Below are positions 34,205 through 45,436 of a DNA stretch of 64,000 bases, piece by piece. Position 1 is the stretch's first letter; every line of letters begins with the position of its first letter. The DNA lies in NCBI GenBank assembly GCA_965240325.2, contig OZ251254.1, forward strand, positions 186,001-250,000, given 5' to 3'. Below the pieces are notes generated by a model. It had not been told where the DNA came from. It searched no databases and saw only the letters and a list, made by a program, of their open reading frames with translations. The DNA is from Rebecca billardiae RCC1528. Its lineage: Eukaryota; Protista; Haptophyta. Made by a program: the position numbers and the translations under genes.

Positions 34205-36531
34205 ATGGCTCGCAGGCTGCCCCGGATGGCGACGGCGGCGCGCGCGCTCGTCGCGCTCGCCGTGGCGCTCTCGGCGCGCGGCGGCCCGTCTGGCGTCGGC
34301 GGCGGCGTGTCGGCGGCGGCCGTGCTCGGCGCGCGCCGCGCCGCGCCCACGCCCGCCCTCCGCGCCGGCGCGCGCGGCGGCGCGCGCGCGCCGCTCCGGC
34401 GGCGCTCGGCGCCGACGCTGCTCGCCGAGCGCACCGAGCTGCGCTCGCGCGCGGAGGCGCTGTCCGCGGATGCGGCCAAGGCCCAGCTCGAGGCCGAGCG
34501 CGCCTCGCTCGAGCTCGAGCGCCTCAAGCTCTCGCGCTCCAAGCGGCGCGCGCAGCTGGAGGCGGAGCGGCTCGGGCTCACCACGCAGCAGGCCATCGAC
34601 GCGGCGCGCGAGCGCGCGGCGGAGCAGGCGGCGGCGGACGCGGCGGCGAAGGCGGCGGCGGACGCGGCGAAGGCCGCCGCCGCCGCCGCCGCCGCCGACA
34701 CCGCCGACGCGCCCGACGCCGACGCGCCGCTGAGCGAGGCCGAGCGCAAGCGCGCGCTGCGCTCGCTGTTTGCGCGCGGCACCGAGCGGCTGCGCGACGA
34801 GGAGGAGGAGGAGGCGGAGGGCGGGGCGCGGCTGCCGCTGCTCGGGAACGGGAGCAGCGCCGCGGAGGGGCCGATCTCCCCCTTCGCCCTCGACCCCTCC
34901 CTCGACGAGCCCACCGCGCGCGCCGTCCGCGCCGCCATCGACGGCTCGGGCGCGTTCCGAGTGTCCTCGGTCGAGCGCGGCTCGGCGCTGGGGTGCGTGG
35001 TGCGCGGCACGGTGCGGCGCGGGGAGACGGCGGGGCTGCTGGACGAGCTGGAGGGCGCGCTGCGCGCCGCGTCGCCCGAGCTCGCGCAGCGCGTCCGCCT
35101 CTTCGTCACCCTCGAGCCCGACCCCTTCGCCGCCGCCGCCGCGTCCGGCGGCGGCGGCGGCGGGCTGGAGCCGTTCTCAGAGGGCGGCCTCGACTCGCTG
35201 GGGGAGGAGCGCCAGCCGGTGGTGGTGGCGGTGGGCGCGGAGCAGGCGGAGGCGCTGTTCGAGTCGGGGCCGGTGCGCCTCGCCCTCGTCCTCGCCGGCG
35301 GCGCCGCCTCCTCCTTCACCGCCCTCTCCTTCGCCCTCTCCTCCTACCTGCTGCGCCCCGGCTTTGCCGAGAAGCTCGCAGCGGCGGCGGACGCGGCCGC
35401 GGCGGGCGCGGCCGACGGCGCGGCCGACCCGGGGCCGCTGCTCGACGCGGCGACGCCGATCGCGGTGGCGGTGCTCGCGCTGCAGCTCGCGCACGACCTC
35501 GCCCACTCGCTCGCCGCCGCGCGCTCGGGCGTGAAGCTGGACGTGCCGCTGCTCGTCCCGAGGTGGGGCGCGCGCGCACACCGCGCGCGCACACCGCACG
35601 CGCCAAGCGCACGCGCCGCGCCGCCGCCGCCGCCCCCGCGCCGCGCCGCCGCCTCGCGCGATTGATGGGATCCGCGCCGCTCGCGCACGCGGCCTGCCCT
35701 GTGTGCGTCGCAGCCTGCAGACGGGGCTGTTCGGCTCGATCACGCCGATCCGCTCGCACCCGCGCACGCGCGACGCGCTCTTCGACGTGGCCTTGGCCGG
35801 GCCCGCGCTCGGCGCGCTCGGCTCGGTCGGGCTGCTGGCGGTGGGCTGCGGCCTCACCGCCGCCGGCCCGCCGGCCGAGACGGCGGCGGCCGCGGCCGCG
35901 TCGGCGTTCGCCGGCTGGCCTGTGCTGCCCGCGGCCCTGCTCAAGTCGTCCTCCCTGGTGGGGTGCCTGTGCCTCGCCCTCTGCCCGGACTCCCTGGGGG
36001 GCCTCTCCTCGGCGGTGCACCCGCTGGTGGTGGCCGGGTACGTGGGCGTCACGGTGAACGCGCTCAACCTGCTGCCGATTGGCCGGCTGGACGGCGGCCG
36101 GTGCGCGCGCCCACGCGCGCCCACGCGCGACGACCCCCCGGCAGCAGCCCACCCCCCGAGCTCCGCTGAGCGCACGTGTCGCCCCCACCCCACCCCCCAC
36201 CCCACCCCCCACCCCCCCGCCTGCCCTCCTCAGCATGAGCCAGGCGCTGTTCGGGCCCTCGGGCGGCGCGCGGCTGCTCTCCGCGGGCTGCCTGCTCGCC
36301 CTGGGCCTCTCCTCCCTCGCGGCAGACTCGGACATCTACTTCTTCTTCGGGCTGTACGCGGCGCTGGTGCAGGGCAGGCCCGAGGTGGCCTGCCGGGACG
36401 AGCTCACGCCGCTCAGCGGCGCGCGCCGCACCGCCGCGTACGCCGCGGCGGTGTTCGTGCTGCTCGCGCTGCTGCCGCTGCCGGCCGCGCTCGACCCGTT
36501 CCCCTCGCCCTTCAGCGCGGCGCTCGGCTGA
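34205..36531 (+). CDS. EGY-like M50 (site-2) membrane metalloprotease homolog, probably plastid-targeted, 3 exons
   Basis: Signal/transit-like N-terminus. Motifs HDLAH, LLVPSLQTGLFG, FDVALAGP, HPLVVAG and NALNLLPIGRLDGGR. Introns 35563-35713 and 36101-36233. The start may be 34226. Confidence 0.85.
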
Positions 36532-36944
36532 GGCGCGGCCGTTGGGGCGGCGCCGAGCCGCGGGGAGTCTTGACTCAGTCTGAGTGAGCGGCGGCGGTGG
36601 CAGCGCGCGTGCGGCGTGCGCACTCCTGCGGCGCCCGCTCCTGCGTGGCGCCAGTGTCCCACTCCGCGAGGGCGCGCTGCTCCTGCCCACCGCAGAGGGC
36701 GATCGCCGACCGTGACCGTACATCTGGCAGGCCCGGCCCAGGGGAGAGAGGGAGATCAGAGCCAGACGGAGAGGTGTGCCGAGCGCACAGTCATGCAGCA
36801 GAGCGACGATGATGACGAGCCCGGACGAAAACGCGCGGGTCTAAAAATGGCACGACTGTTACGGCCATTCTTCGCCTGGAGCCGGCAGCTGGGGTCGCGA
36901 CGGCTGGCTCGGCGACCCCTGCCGCTCCGCTCCAGGCGTTGGCC

Positions 36945-37250
36945 ATGCGCGCCGCCCTGCTGCTCGTGCTCGCAGCCGCCGCCGCCGTGCGCGGCGCGGC
37001 GCCGTGCACCGTCTGCCCGCCCGAGCTCAGCATGTTCGAGACCTGCCGCAGCGCCGCCTCCGACGCCGACTGCGCCGCCCTCGACGCGTGCGAGCTGTGC
37101 GCGCCCGGCAAGTGCCGCGCCAAGTGCTCATGCGGCGACGACGACGCGGCGGACGGACACTCGCTGTACGGCGAGTGCTACTTTGCACAACGGGCGCCGA
37201 ACACGTACGTCGCCTCCTACCGCGACGTGTGCTCCTGCCTGCACGGCTGA
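36945..37250 (+). CDS. Small secreted Cys-rich protein (101 aa)
   Basis: Signal peptide MRAALLLVLAAAAAVRG, 11 Cys, strong codon bias. Confidence 0.7.
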   Translation: MRAALLLVLAAAAAVRGAAPCTVCPPELSMFETCRSAASDADCAALDACELCAPGKCRAKCSCGDDDAADGHSLYGECYFAQRAPNTYVASYRDVCSCLHG

Positions 37251-38233
37251 GCCCTGCCCTCTCTGCCCGGTGGGAGGCGGGGTGAGGCGCAACGGGAGCT
37301 GCGCGGAGGGAGGGGAGCTGAGTCGACTCATCGTCACCAGCGACGTCGTCAGGTCCGCGCCGTGCTCAGCTGGAGTGCACCGGCGGCCGGGGTGCTCACA
37401 GCACAGCCTCGAATTGGGCCTGACAGAATTTGCCCGCCGGGCGGTCGCATTTATCTCGTGGCGAGCCTCTGTCGGAGTGGGCCGCCCTCGCTCGAATTGA
37501 GCCTGCCCCGAGCGCGGGCGGACCGCCGCGGACGGCGGAGCCCGGACCGTCGGACCGGGGCCGGCCGGGCCGGGCACCGGCCGCACCGGCACTCCGCCAC
37601 CGGGCCGCCCGCCGGCGGCCGCCGCCACACGTCAGTCCCGCGGTTGAGTCGGAGTTACGCGGAGTCGGAGACTCACGACTCACTCACTCTGTCTGTGAGA
37701 CCGTACGGTACGGAGTACGGCGGCACTCATCGTCATAGTCTTACTCGTCTTATAGTCCGCTGACGGCATCAGGCGGGTACAGGCGGCGGTGATGCAAGGC
37801 CCTTGGGTGATGGCGCGCGACTACTCTATAGGAGTATAAGTCTGAATACCGCTCGTCCGCCGGGCGGCCGGGCGGCGTCCGGAGTCCGTCCCGGACTCGG
37901 ACGGGACACGGGTCACGCACTGCTACGATGATTCTATAGTGCTGGTGATTAGCCGATGTGATCGCGACGACGACTAGTATCTGCTGCTGATGTAAGGAGT
38001 TGCAGCGTGCCACTGCCTGGCACCGCGTGGCAGGTGGCTGCCGTGATGCCTCGCCCTCGGCCCGCTCCGGGCCCGGCCTCGCAGCGCGTCGTGGCGCCCT
38101 CGGAGACGGGGTCGGACACCCGACTGCCCCCGCCCCGGCGAGACCTCGGCTGCTCGGGTGCGGGTGGCAATGGCCACCGACGGGCCCAGGACGGCTCACG
38201 CGGCTGGTGCTCAGCGGCGGCTCGCGGTGCGCG

Positions 38234-38657
38234 TCACAGCCGCAGGCCGAGTGAGACGGACAGCCCCGCCCACTGCGACACCCCGCGCTCGGCCGAGGCG
38301 GCAGCGGCGGCGCCCGCCGGGCCGGGCGGCGGGGGCAGCGCCTCGGTGTGGTGGGACCAGCCGGCGGGGAAGAAGATCGCGTCGCCGTCGCGCAGCTCCA
38401 CCTCCAGCGCGCCACGCTCCACCTCCTCGCGCACGCGCGCGTCGGGCGGCGCCCCGGTGAGCGGCAGTCGCAGCCTGCGCTCGCACGCGTGGCCCGCCGG
38501 CCACGGCCGCAGGAGCGGCGTGGCGCTCGGCGGCCAGAGGAGCATGCGCTTCGCGCCGACGAGCTGGCACAGGAGCGAGTCGACGCCGTCGTAGTGCAGC
38601 GGCGAGTACACGCCGCCCGCGCACACCCACAGCCGCCCCACGCCCGCCGCCGCCGCC

Positions 38658-38697
<40 letters not shown>

Positions 38698-39511
38698 GCC
38701 GTGCTCGCGCGCCGCCGAGCAGCGGCGCCACGGCCGCCTGTGCCATCAGCGCTGGCGGCGCGAGGGCCTGGAGGTAGAGCGCCTCGGCGCCGTCGCCCGC
38801 GGGCGGCGCGTCGCACTGCCCCTCGCGCAGCAGCGGCGGCAGCCCGCCCCGCCCCCGCCGCAGCCGGCGCACGAAGCGCCGGCCGGGCATGGCGAGCACG
38901 CGCGAGGGCGGCCGCAGCTTGCCTGAGGCCACGTCCGCGTGAGATTCTCTGCAGAAGGAGACGGCGGGGCCGGGGGCGACGCGGACCATGGCGAGCGGGA
39001 GGTGCGCGGCGAGGAAGGAAGGGTCCGCCCACGCGCGCCGCGCCTCCCACGCGGCGCCCGCGCCGCGGAACACCACGGGCGCGCCCGTCTCGGCCGCGAG
39101 CCGCCAGCCGGCCGCCTCTTCGCCCGCGCCCACCTCCGCGACCGCGCCCGCCGCGCGCACCCAGACGTCGGGCGGTGCGAAGTTGTGCAGCGGCGCGGCG
39201 GCGTCGGGCTCGGCGCCCTCGCCACCCATCGCCTCGAGCTCCACCTCGGGCGGCAGCAGCCCCTCCAGCTGCGAGCGCACCGCCGCCGGCAGCGCCGCCT
39301 GCGAGATTGCGTCGTGATACATTGTCTCGCACGCGGCGTACAGCGCGGGGTGGCGCTCGGCGGCGAGCTGGGAGAGCAGCTGCGCGTGCGCGCGGAGCAC
39401 GGGCGCGGGCGCGGCGGGCGGGCGCGGGAACGCCTGCAGCGCGCGCGCGGCCGGCCACGCCGCGAGCGCGAGCGCGAGCGCGAGCGTCGTAGTTGTTCTG
39501 CGAGCGGCCAT
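38234..39511 (-). CDS. JmjC/Cupin_8 2-oxoglutarate-Fe(II) oxygenase with a signal peptide
   Basis: PVVFRG, LWV..GG..SPLHYD, LLCQLVGAKRMLLW and LRDGDAIFFPAGWSHH show the HxD..H triad intact. Confidence 0.85.
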
Positions 39512-39617
39512 CGTCATCCTGGCGCAAAGCGCGCGAGGCCGCCATCGTGCGCAGCTGCGTGAACCCCTCGTCAGGTGCGTCCGGCGGGCGGGGCACGGCC
39601 CTCCCCGCGCCGCGGCC

Positions 39618-39851
39618 ATGCAGCTCCTGCTCAAGCCCAAGGCCGGTGCCATCGTGCCCGTCGACGTCGAGCCCGCAGCCCCGATCGAGGCCGTCAAGGC
39701 GAAGGCGCGCGAGGCGCTCGGCATCGGCGCGGACGAGAAGTGCTTCCTGCTGTTCGGCGGCTCGCACCTCGAGGAGGGGAGGACGCTGGCGGACTACCAC
39801 ATCCAGGAGGGCTTCACGATGCACGTGCACGACAACATCTGCGGCTGCTGA
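39618..39851 (+). CDS. Ubiquitin-like protein (77 aa) ending in CGC instead of GG
   Basis: MQLLLKPKAG..IEAVKAK..LLFGGSHLEEGRTLADYHIQEGFTMHV matches the ubiquitin fold. Confidence 0.85.
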   Translation: MQLLLKPKAGAIVPVDVEPAAPIEAVKAKAREALGIGADEKCFLLFGGSHLEEGRTLADYHIQEGFTMHVHDNICGC

Positions 39852-40221
39852 GAGGCACCTGGCGCAGGTCCGTGCGCCTGCACTTCGACGATGAGCGAGC
39901 TTTCCGCGCCCCGCGGTGCCGCGGAGTCTTAACTCTAAGGCGCGCGCCCGAAACTGCTCAGAAACTGCGCTCGCTGGCCACACGCGGCACGCGCGACGAC
40001 GGTGCAAACGTGGGCGGCGGCCTGCCTGGCACTACTGCCGCCGCCAGTATAGCAGTACTTATGCGTAGCGAGAGAGCTGATGGAGTAGTCTGTCGCGTCG
40101 TGATTCTGATGATAAGTACATGTATAGCAGTAGTGTGCAATAATATCTGCGTGCGGGTCACTGTGTCTGTGAAGTGTGAGTCACTGTCCGAGCAGTCGCA
40201 CTCGCATACAGACGATTAAGG

Positions 40222-41430
40222 CTACGCGCGCGCCAGCTCGTAGATGGCAAGCGCGCCGTCGCCCACGTCCGCCACGCAGAACGCGGCCGGCGCGCGGCCG
40301 GCGAGCGCGCACACGGCGTTGGGCTTGCGCGGCAGCCGCACGCGCAGCGTCGGCCGCAGCAGCGCGCCGCCGCCGCCGCCGCCCGCCGCGCCGCCGCCGC
40401 CGCCCGCCGCCGCGCCCGGCGGTGTTGGCGGCGGCTGCAGCGCCCACAGCCGGAGCTCGCGGTCGTTGCCCGCGGACCAGAGCGCGAGCGCGGCGGCGTC
40501 GGGCGGAGCGCCGGGCAGCGCGCCCTCGCCCTCGACGAAGCCCACGCAGCTCGCCCCCCCGCCGTGCCCCTCCGCCGCGCCGCTCTCGCCCAGCGCGCCG
40601 CCCGTGCGCGCATCGAGCAGGTGCACGCAGCCGTCGCCCAGCGCGAGCGCCGCGCGCCCGCCTCGCGCGTCGTGCGCGAGGGCGTGGATGTAGCGCGGGT
40701 TGACGAGCTGCGCGGGCGGCGCGGCGGGGCTCGGCCCGGCCGAGGCGGGCGTCTCGAGCCCCGAGCCGCCGAGCAGCTCGCGCTCGAACAGCGGCCGCAC
40801 CCGCCCGCCCTTGCCGCCGCCGGCGCGCGCCGCCTGCCGCCGCCCGTGGCCGGCACGCGCGAGTGCGCCGAGGTCGTGCAGCAGGACGCGGCCGTCGAGG
40901 CCGGCGGAGAGCGCGCGGAGGACGTGGGTGGGGTGGCACGCCACGCACGCCACCGCGCCGTGCGCCCCCTCCAGCCGCGCCTCCAGCTCGCCCGTCCGCG
41001 CGCTCCACAGCGACACGCCGCCGTCGTCGTCGCCCGCGACCAGCCTCGCGCCGTCCGCGCTCACGCCGAGGGAGGAGACGACGGCGTCGGCGCCGTCGCA
41101 CGCGCGGGCGGGCTCGCGGTGGAGGACGGTGCCCATCCGCAGGTCGAACGCGAGCACGCGCTCCGCCCACGCCGCGTACAGCGCGTGCTCGTCGCGCGCG
41201 CTGTGGCAGACGACCTCGGCGGCGGGCGGCGGCGGCGCGCCTGCCGCCGCCGGCGGCGCGAGCGCGCGCACCGAGCGCGCGGCGCGCACGTCCCACAGCC
41301 GGACCCAGCCGTCCTCGGAGCACGAGGCCACGTCGTGCTGCCCGCCGCCGCCGCCGCGCGGGCTCGCCGCCACGTAGCTGCACGCCGCCGCGTGGCCCGC
41401 GAGCTGCGCCGAGTGCCGCAGGGACGCCAT
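40222..41430 (-). CDS. WD40-repeat protein (WDR53-like)
   Basis: LAGH..VASCSEDGWVRLWDVR, LVAGDDDGGVSLWS, GAH..LSAGLDGRVLLHD, LVNPRYIH, WSAGNDRELRLW. Confidence 0.85.
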   Translation of the reverse strand: MASLRHSAQLAGHAAACSYVAASPRGGGGGQHDVASCSEDGWVRLWDVRAARSVRALAPPAAAGAPPPPAAEVVCHSARDEHALYAAWAERVLAFDLRMGTVLHREPARACDGADAVVSSLGVSADGARLVAGDDDGGVSLWSARTGELEARLEGAHGAVACVACHPTHVLRALSAGLDGRVLLHDLGALARAGHGRRQAARAGGGKGGRVRPLFERELLGGSGLETPASAGPSPAAPPAQLVNPRYIHALAHDARGGRAALALGDGCVHLLDARTGGALGESGAAEGHGGGASCVGFVEGEGALPGAPPDAAALALWSAGNDRELRLWALQPPPTPPGAAAGGGGGAAGGGGGGALLRPTLRVRLPRKPNAVCALAGRAPAAFCVADVGDGALAIYELARA

Positions 41431-42096
41431 CGCCCGCGTTCTAGTCGCTGTCACAGTGGCAGCCGCGTGAAGACTGAACAGGTCCAAGTCTGTCCAACTC
41501 GTGGGCGGACCGCGCGAGCCGCGAACGACGCCATTCGACGATGGCGGCCGTCTGAGTCTGATGATCGACGAGCAACATGTCGTCAGACGAGGCGCGCAGT
41601 TCAGCACTGCCGCAAGAACAGGAACTGCTGACACTGCTGAGAATGCGTAGCCTGTCGTGGCAGCAGTCTAAGCTTGTTGGCTCACCAGCAGGCGTGTGGC
41701 CTGCCAGACGAGAGCGCCAATACATTACTCTGGCACGGCAGCCGCGGGGCCCGTCAGTCGCGCGCGTCTCAGGTCGGTCGTCCTGCTGCAGCGCAGCTGC
41801 AGTCTGCTGCACTCGTACTCATAGGTCAGAAGATGAGGTCTACGACTACGCCTGCCACGTGGCACTGCTGAGTGCGGATCTCCGACCGTCCGTTCCGGAC
41901 GCCGGTGCCAACCGCCGCCGTCGGCCCGTGGCGCGGCGCCGCCCAGGTTGTCCGATGCACCGACCCGTGGTCTGCGCCGTCGTCAGACCATCAGTGCTGA
42001 AATTTTGGGCACGGACTCGGCGGTCGCCGGGCGTGCCGCCACGCACTACGCAGCCGGCTGCGACCCCGCCCACGCCCCAGGCCCCAGGAGACAGTC

Positions 42097-43101
42097 TCAA
42101 GGGGGCGCGTGCGACGACACGCGCAGCGCCGCGAGCGCCGCGCCGCCCACCGCTGCGGCGAGCACCGCGCCCGCCGTGGCGATCTCAGTGGGCGTGCGCC
42201 CCACCGCGTCAAGCTCGGCCAGGCTGGTGCCGCGCGGCTCGAGCGAGCCCAGCCAGCGGCGGTACGGCGCGCTCAGCGCGCGCGCCTCCGCGCCCTCGCG
42301 GATGCGCGCCAGGTAGCGTGCGGACGGGCGCGCGTCCGCGCGCAGACAGTGCCAGCGCGAGCCGAGGAACGCGTACGCGCGCGCGCGCACGGGCACGCAC
42401 GGCGCGTCCGGCCGCGCGCGCTGCGCCGCGCCGACGGCGGCGAGCAGCTCGCACGACACGAGCGGCGGCGGCTGCGCGCCCGGCTGGGCGCCGCCGGCCG
42501 CGCCGTCGCCGCGCGCAAGCGGCAGGGGTGCGGGCGGCGCGGCGGCGGCGGTGCTGGGTGCTGCGGCCGCCCCGCCGCCCACCCCCTGCCGCCCCGCCGG
42601 CTGCTCGCGCGGCGGCCGCGCCCCCTCCGCCCCCTGCGCACTCTCGCACCCCGCCGGCAGCGCCAGCTCCACCTCCACCTCCGCCAGCCGGTAGCCGCCC
42701 TCCGCGCGGCACAGCGCGCGCAGCTCGGCCGCGCTCACGCACAGCACGTAGCCCTCGGCGGCCGGGCGGGCGGCGGGCGGCGGCGCGGGCGGGGCGGCGG
42801 CGGCGGGCGGCGGCGCGGGCAGCAGCGTGGCGAAGGCGGCGCGGCGCACGCGGAACGCGAGCTCGCGCGTCGGGAAGCGGCAGCGCGCGCCGCGCGCCGC
42901 CGCCTCCGCCCGCACCCCGCGCCGCCGCAGCACCGCAGGCGCCAGCATCGCCCCGTAGCACGCCACGGGCACCTCCTCAGCGGCGCGCGCGGAGGGGCGG
43001 GCGTGCGACGGGCGGCGGCGCGCGCACTCGCCGCCGGCGCCAAACCCGCCGCGCAGCCGCCGCGCGGCGGCGGCCGTGCCGTTGGCCGCGCGGGCGGCGG
43101 C

Positions 43102-43137
<36 letters not shown>

Positions 43138-43251
43138 CGGCGGCAGCAGCGGCGTGCGCATCTGCGCCGCGGCCGCGCCGCCGTCGCGCGGCGCGGCCGC
43201 GTCCGAGGCGTCCTCGCCGCCACCGCCGCCGCTCGCCTCGGGCGCGTCGGG

Positions 43252-43282
<31 letters not shown>

Positions 43283-44343
43283 CCGCCGCCACCGGGCGGC
43301 GGCGGCGGCGGCAGTGGCTCGAGCCCGGCCGCCGCCGCCGCCGCCTCCTCCGCCGCCGCGCGGCCGGGCGCCAGAGGGCCGGTGGCAGCGAAGCGCACAG
43401 CGAACGCGCCGAGGCGCACCGCCTGCACGAGGCACAGCGCGCGCCACGCCGCCCACAGCGCCGCGTCCGGCCCCCACCCCGCGCCCTCGGCCACGCCCCA
43501 CGGCCACCCCGCCGCCGGCCGCAGCCATCCTTCCTGCGCCGCCAGCGCGCCCAGCCCCGCGGCCGCGGCCACGCCCATCGCGCCCGCCTCAAACCCGAAG
43601 TCGAGCGAGCCCTGCAGGATGCCGTCGGCGGCGAAGACGCACGCGGAGAGCGGCTGCACGGGCGCGAGCACGCCGCGCAGGATCGCCGTCGCCGACGCGG
43701 CGACCGGCGGCGACGCGGCGAGCGCGGACGCGACGAGCGGCGCCGCGCCCTCCAGCGCAGCGCCCGACACGAGCCCGGCGCACAGCGCCCAGCACAGCAC
43801 GCGCGCGGCGAGCGCGCGCTTCTGGCGCACGCCGCGCGCGCCGGCCACGAGTGCCTGCGCCGACACCGCCAGCGCGTCCGTCGCGAACGAGAGCACCATG
43901 TACACCGCCATCGCCAGCCCGTGCGCGCCCAGGGCGACGGCGACGGCGTCCGCGGCGGCAGCGGCGGCCGCCGGGTCGGGCGGCGCGCTCGGCGCGGCGG
44001 AGAGGGCGGCGCGCGGCACGGACGCGGCGGCGGCGGTGAGGAAGGCGTGCAGCGCGAGCGTGCGCCCCGCGTTCGCGCCCGCGCCGCGGAGGAACGGGCC
44101 GAGCGCCGCCCACGCGCCGCGGTCCGACGCCCACGCCCAGCACGAGATTGCAATCTCGCCAACCTCGGCGCGCGGCCGCGCCGCCGGCGCGCCGCCGGAC
44201 GGGGGGAGCGGCGCGGGTGCGGGCGTGGCGGCCTCCGCGTCCGCCGCGCCGGCACCCGGCCCGCCCTCCGCCTCGGCGCGCGGCGCAGCGCCGGGCGCGC
44301 CGACGCCGCCGTCCGCCTCCGCCTCCGCCTCGGCGGCGGCGGG

Positions 44344-44387
<44 letters not shown>

Positions 44388-45162
44388 CGGCGGAGGCGCG
44401 CGCGACGGCGGCGAGCAGCATGGCTGCCGCGCACCACTCGGCGGCGGCGGTGGCGGCGGCGGCGCCCTCGACGCCGGTGCGCAGGCCGAAGAGCAGCAGC
44501 ACGTCCAGCCCCACGTTCACCGCCCCCGCCGCCGCCGCCGCGTAGAACCCCGTCCGCGCGTCGCCGAGCGCGCGCAGCAGAGCGTTGGCGCTCACGCCGA
44601 GCGCGAGCGCGGGCGCGGAGAGCGCGCGCACGCGCACGAAGGAGAGGGCGGAGGCGCGCAGCGCGGCGGAGGCGGAGGCGGGCGCGAGGAACTCCGGCGC
44701 GCCGCCCGCCGCGTCGCGCGCGTGCCCCGCCGCCACCGCCTCCACCAGCGCGGGCGCGCCCAGCTCGAGCGCGAGCAGCGCCGCGCCGCCGAGCGCGCCG
44801 CCGAGCGCGACCACGCGCAGCCCGGCGGCGCACGCGGCGGCGCGGCCGTCGGAGGCGGCGGTCGCGGCGACGAGCGGCGTGCCCGCCGCGCCGAGCGCGC
44901 CGAGCCCCGCGCCGATCGGCCCGAAGATCGCCGCCGACAGCGCCATCGCGCCGAGCGGCTCCGCGCCCGGCAGCGCGTGCCCGACCAGCGCCGTGTCGAC
45001 GGCGGCGAGGACGGGGTCGAGGGCGAGCGCGGCGAGGGCGGGGAGCGCGAGGGCGAAGATCTGCTGGTCCAGCGCGCCGCCCAGCCGCTCGGGCCCCGCC
45101 GCCGCGCGAGCCGCCGCTGCGCCGCGCCGCCGCGCGAGCGATCGCGCCCTGCCGATGCGCAT
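42097..45162 (-). CDS. MATE (DinF/DTX-like) transporter fused to a C-terminal gamma-glutamylcyclotransferase-like domain
   Basis: MATE motifs: IFALALPALAALALDP..VDTALVGH, LRALGDART, VNVGLD..GVEGAAAAT, DALAVSAQALV, QPLSACVFAADGILQG. GGCT-like motifs: CYGAML, LRALCRAEGGY, PSARYLARIREGA..LSAPYRRWL. C-terminal TM helix. Confidence 0.8.
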
Positions 45163-45436
45163 GATGGTCGTGGCGCTTTTGACGACCTGAGTCCTTCGCG
45201 GGTTTCGTCGATGGGCAACGGGAACGGGATCGCGGTCCCTCGCCGGGCCTCGCGGAATCTCAAATCACTTGGAACGGGCGGATGAACAGCGCCGCCGCCG
45301 CCCGCTGCCAGCGATGTAGCAGCGCCAGACCACCCCGGCCCCGGCGAGGCCCCGGCCCCGCGGGAGCGGCCCCACCCCGTCCGCACGTCGGCACGACCGA
45401 GCCCAACGGCCGCGCCTCGGCCCGCCCGCGCGCCCC

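Noticed and set aside
39849-39935. Selenocysteine read-through of the Ubl TGA
   Set aside because: No recognisable SECIS (ATGA..AA..GA kink-turn stem) downstream, and the read-through peptide is unremarkable.
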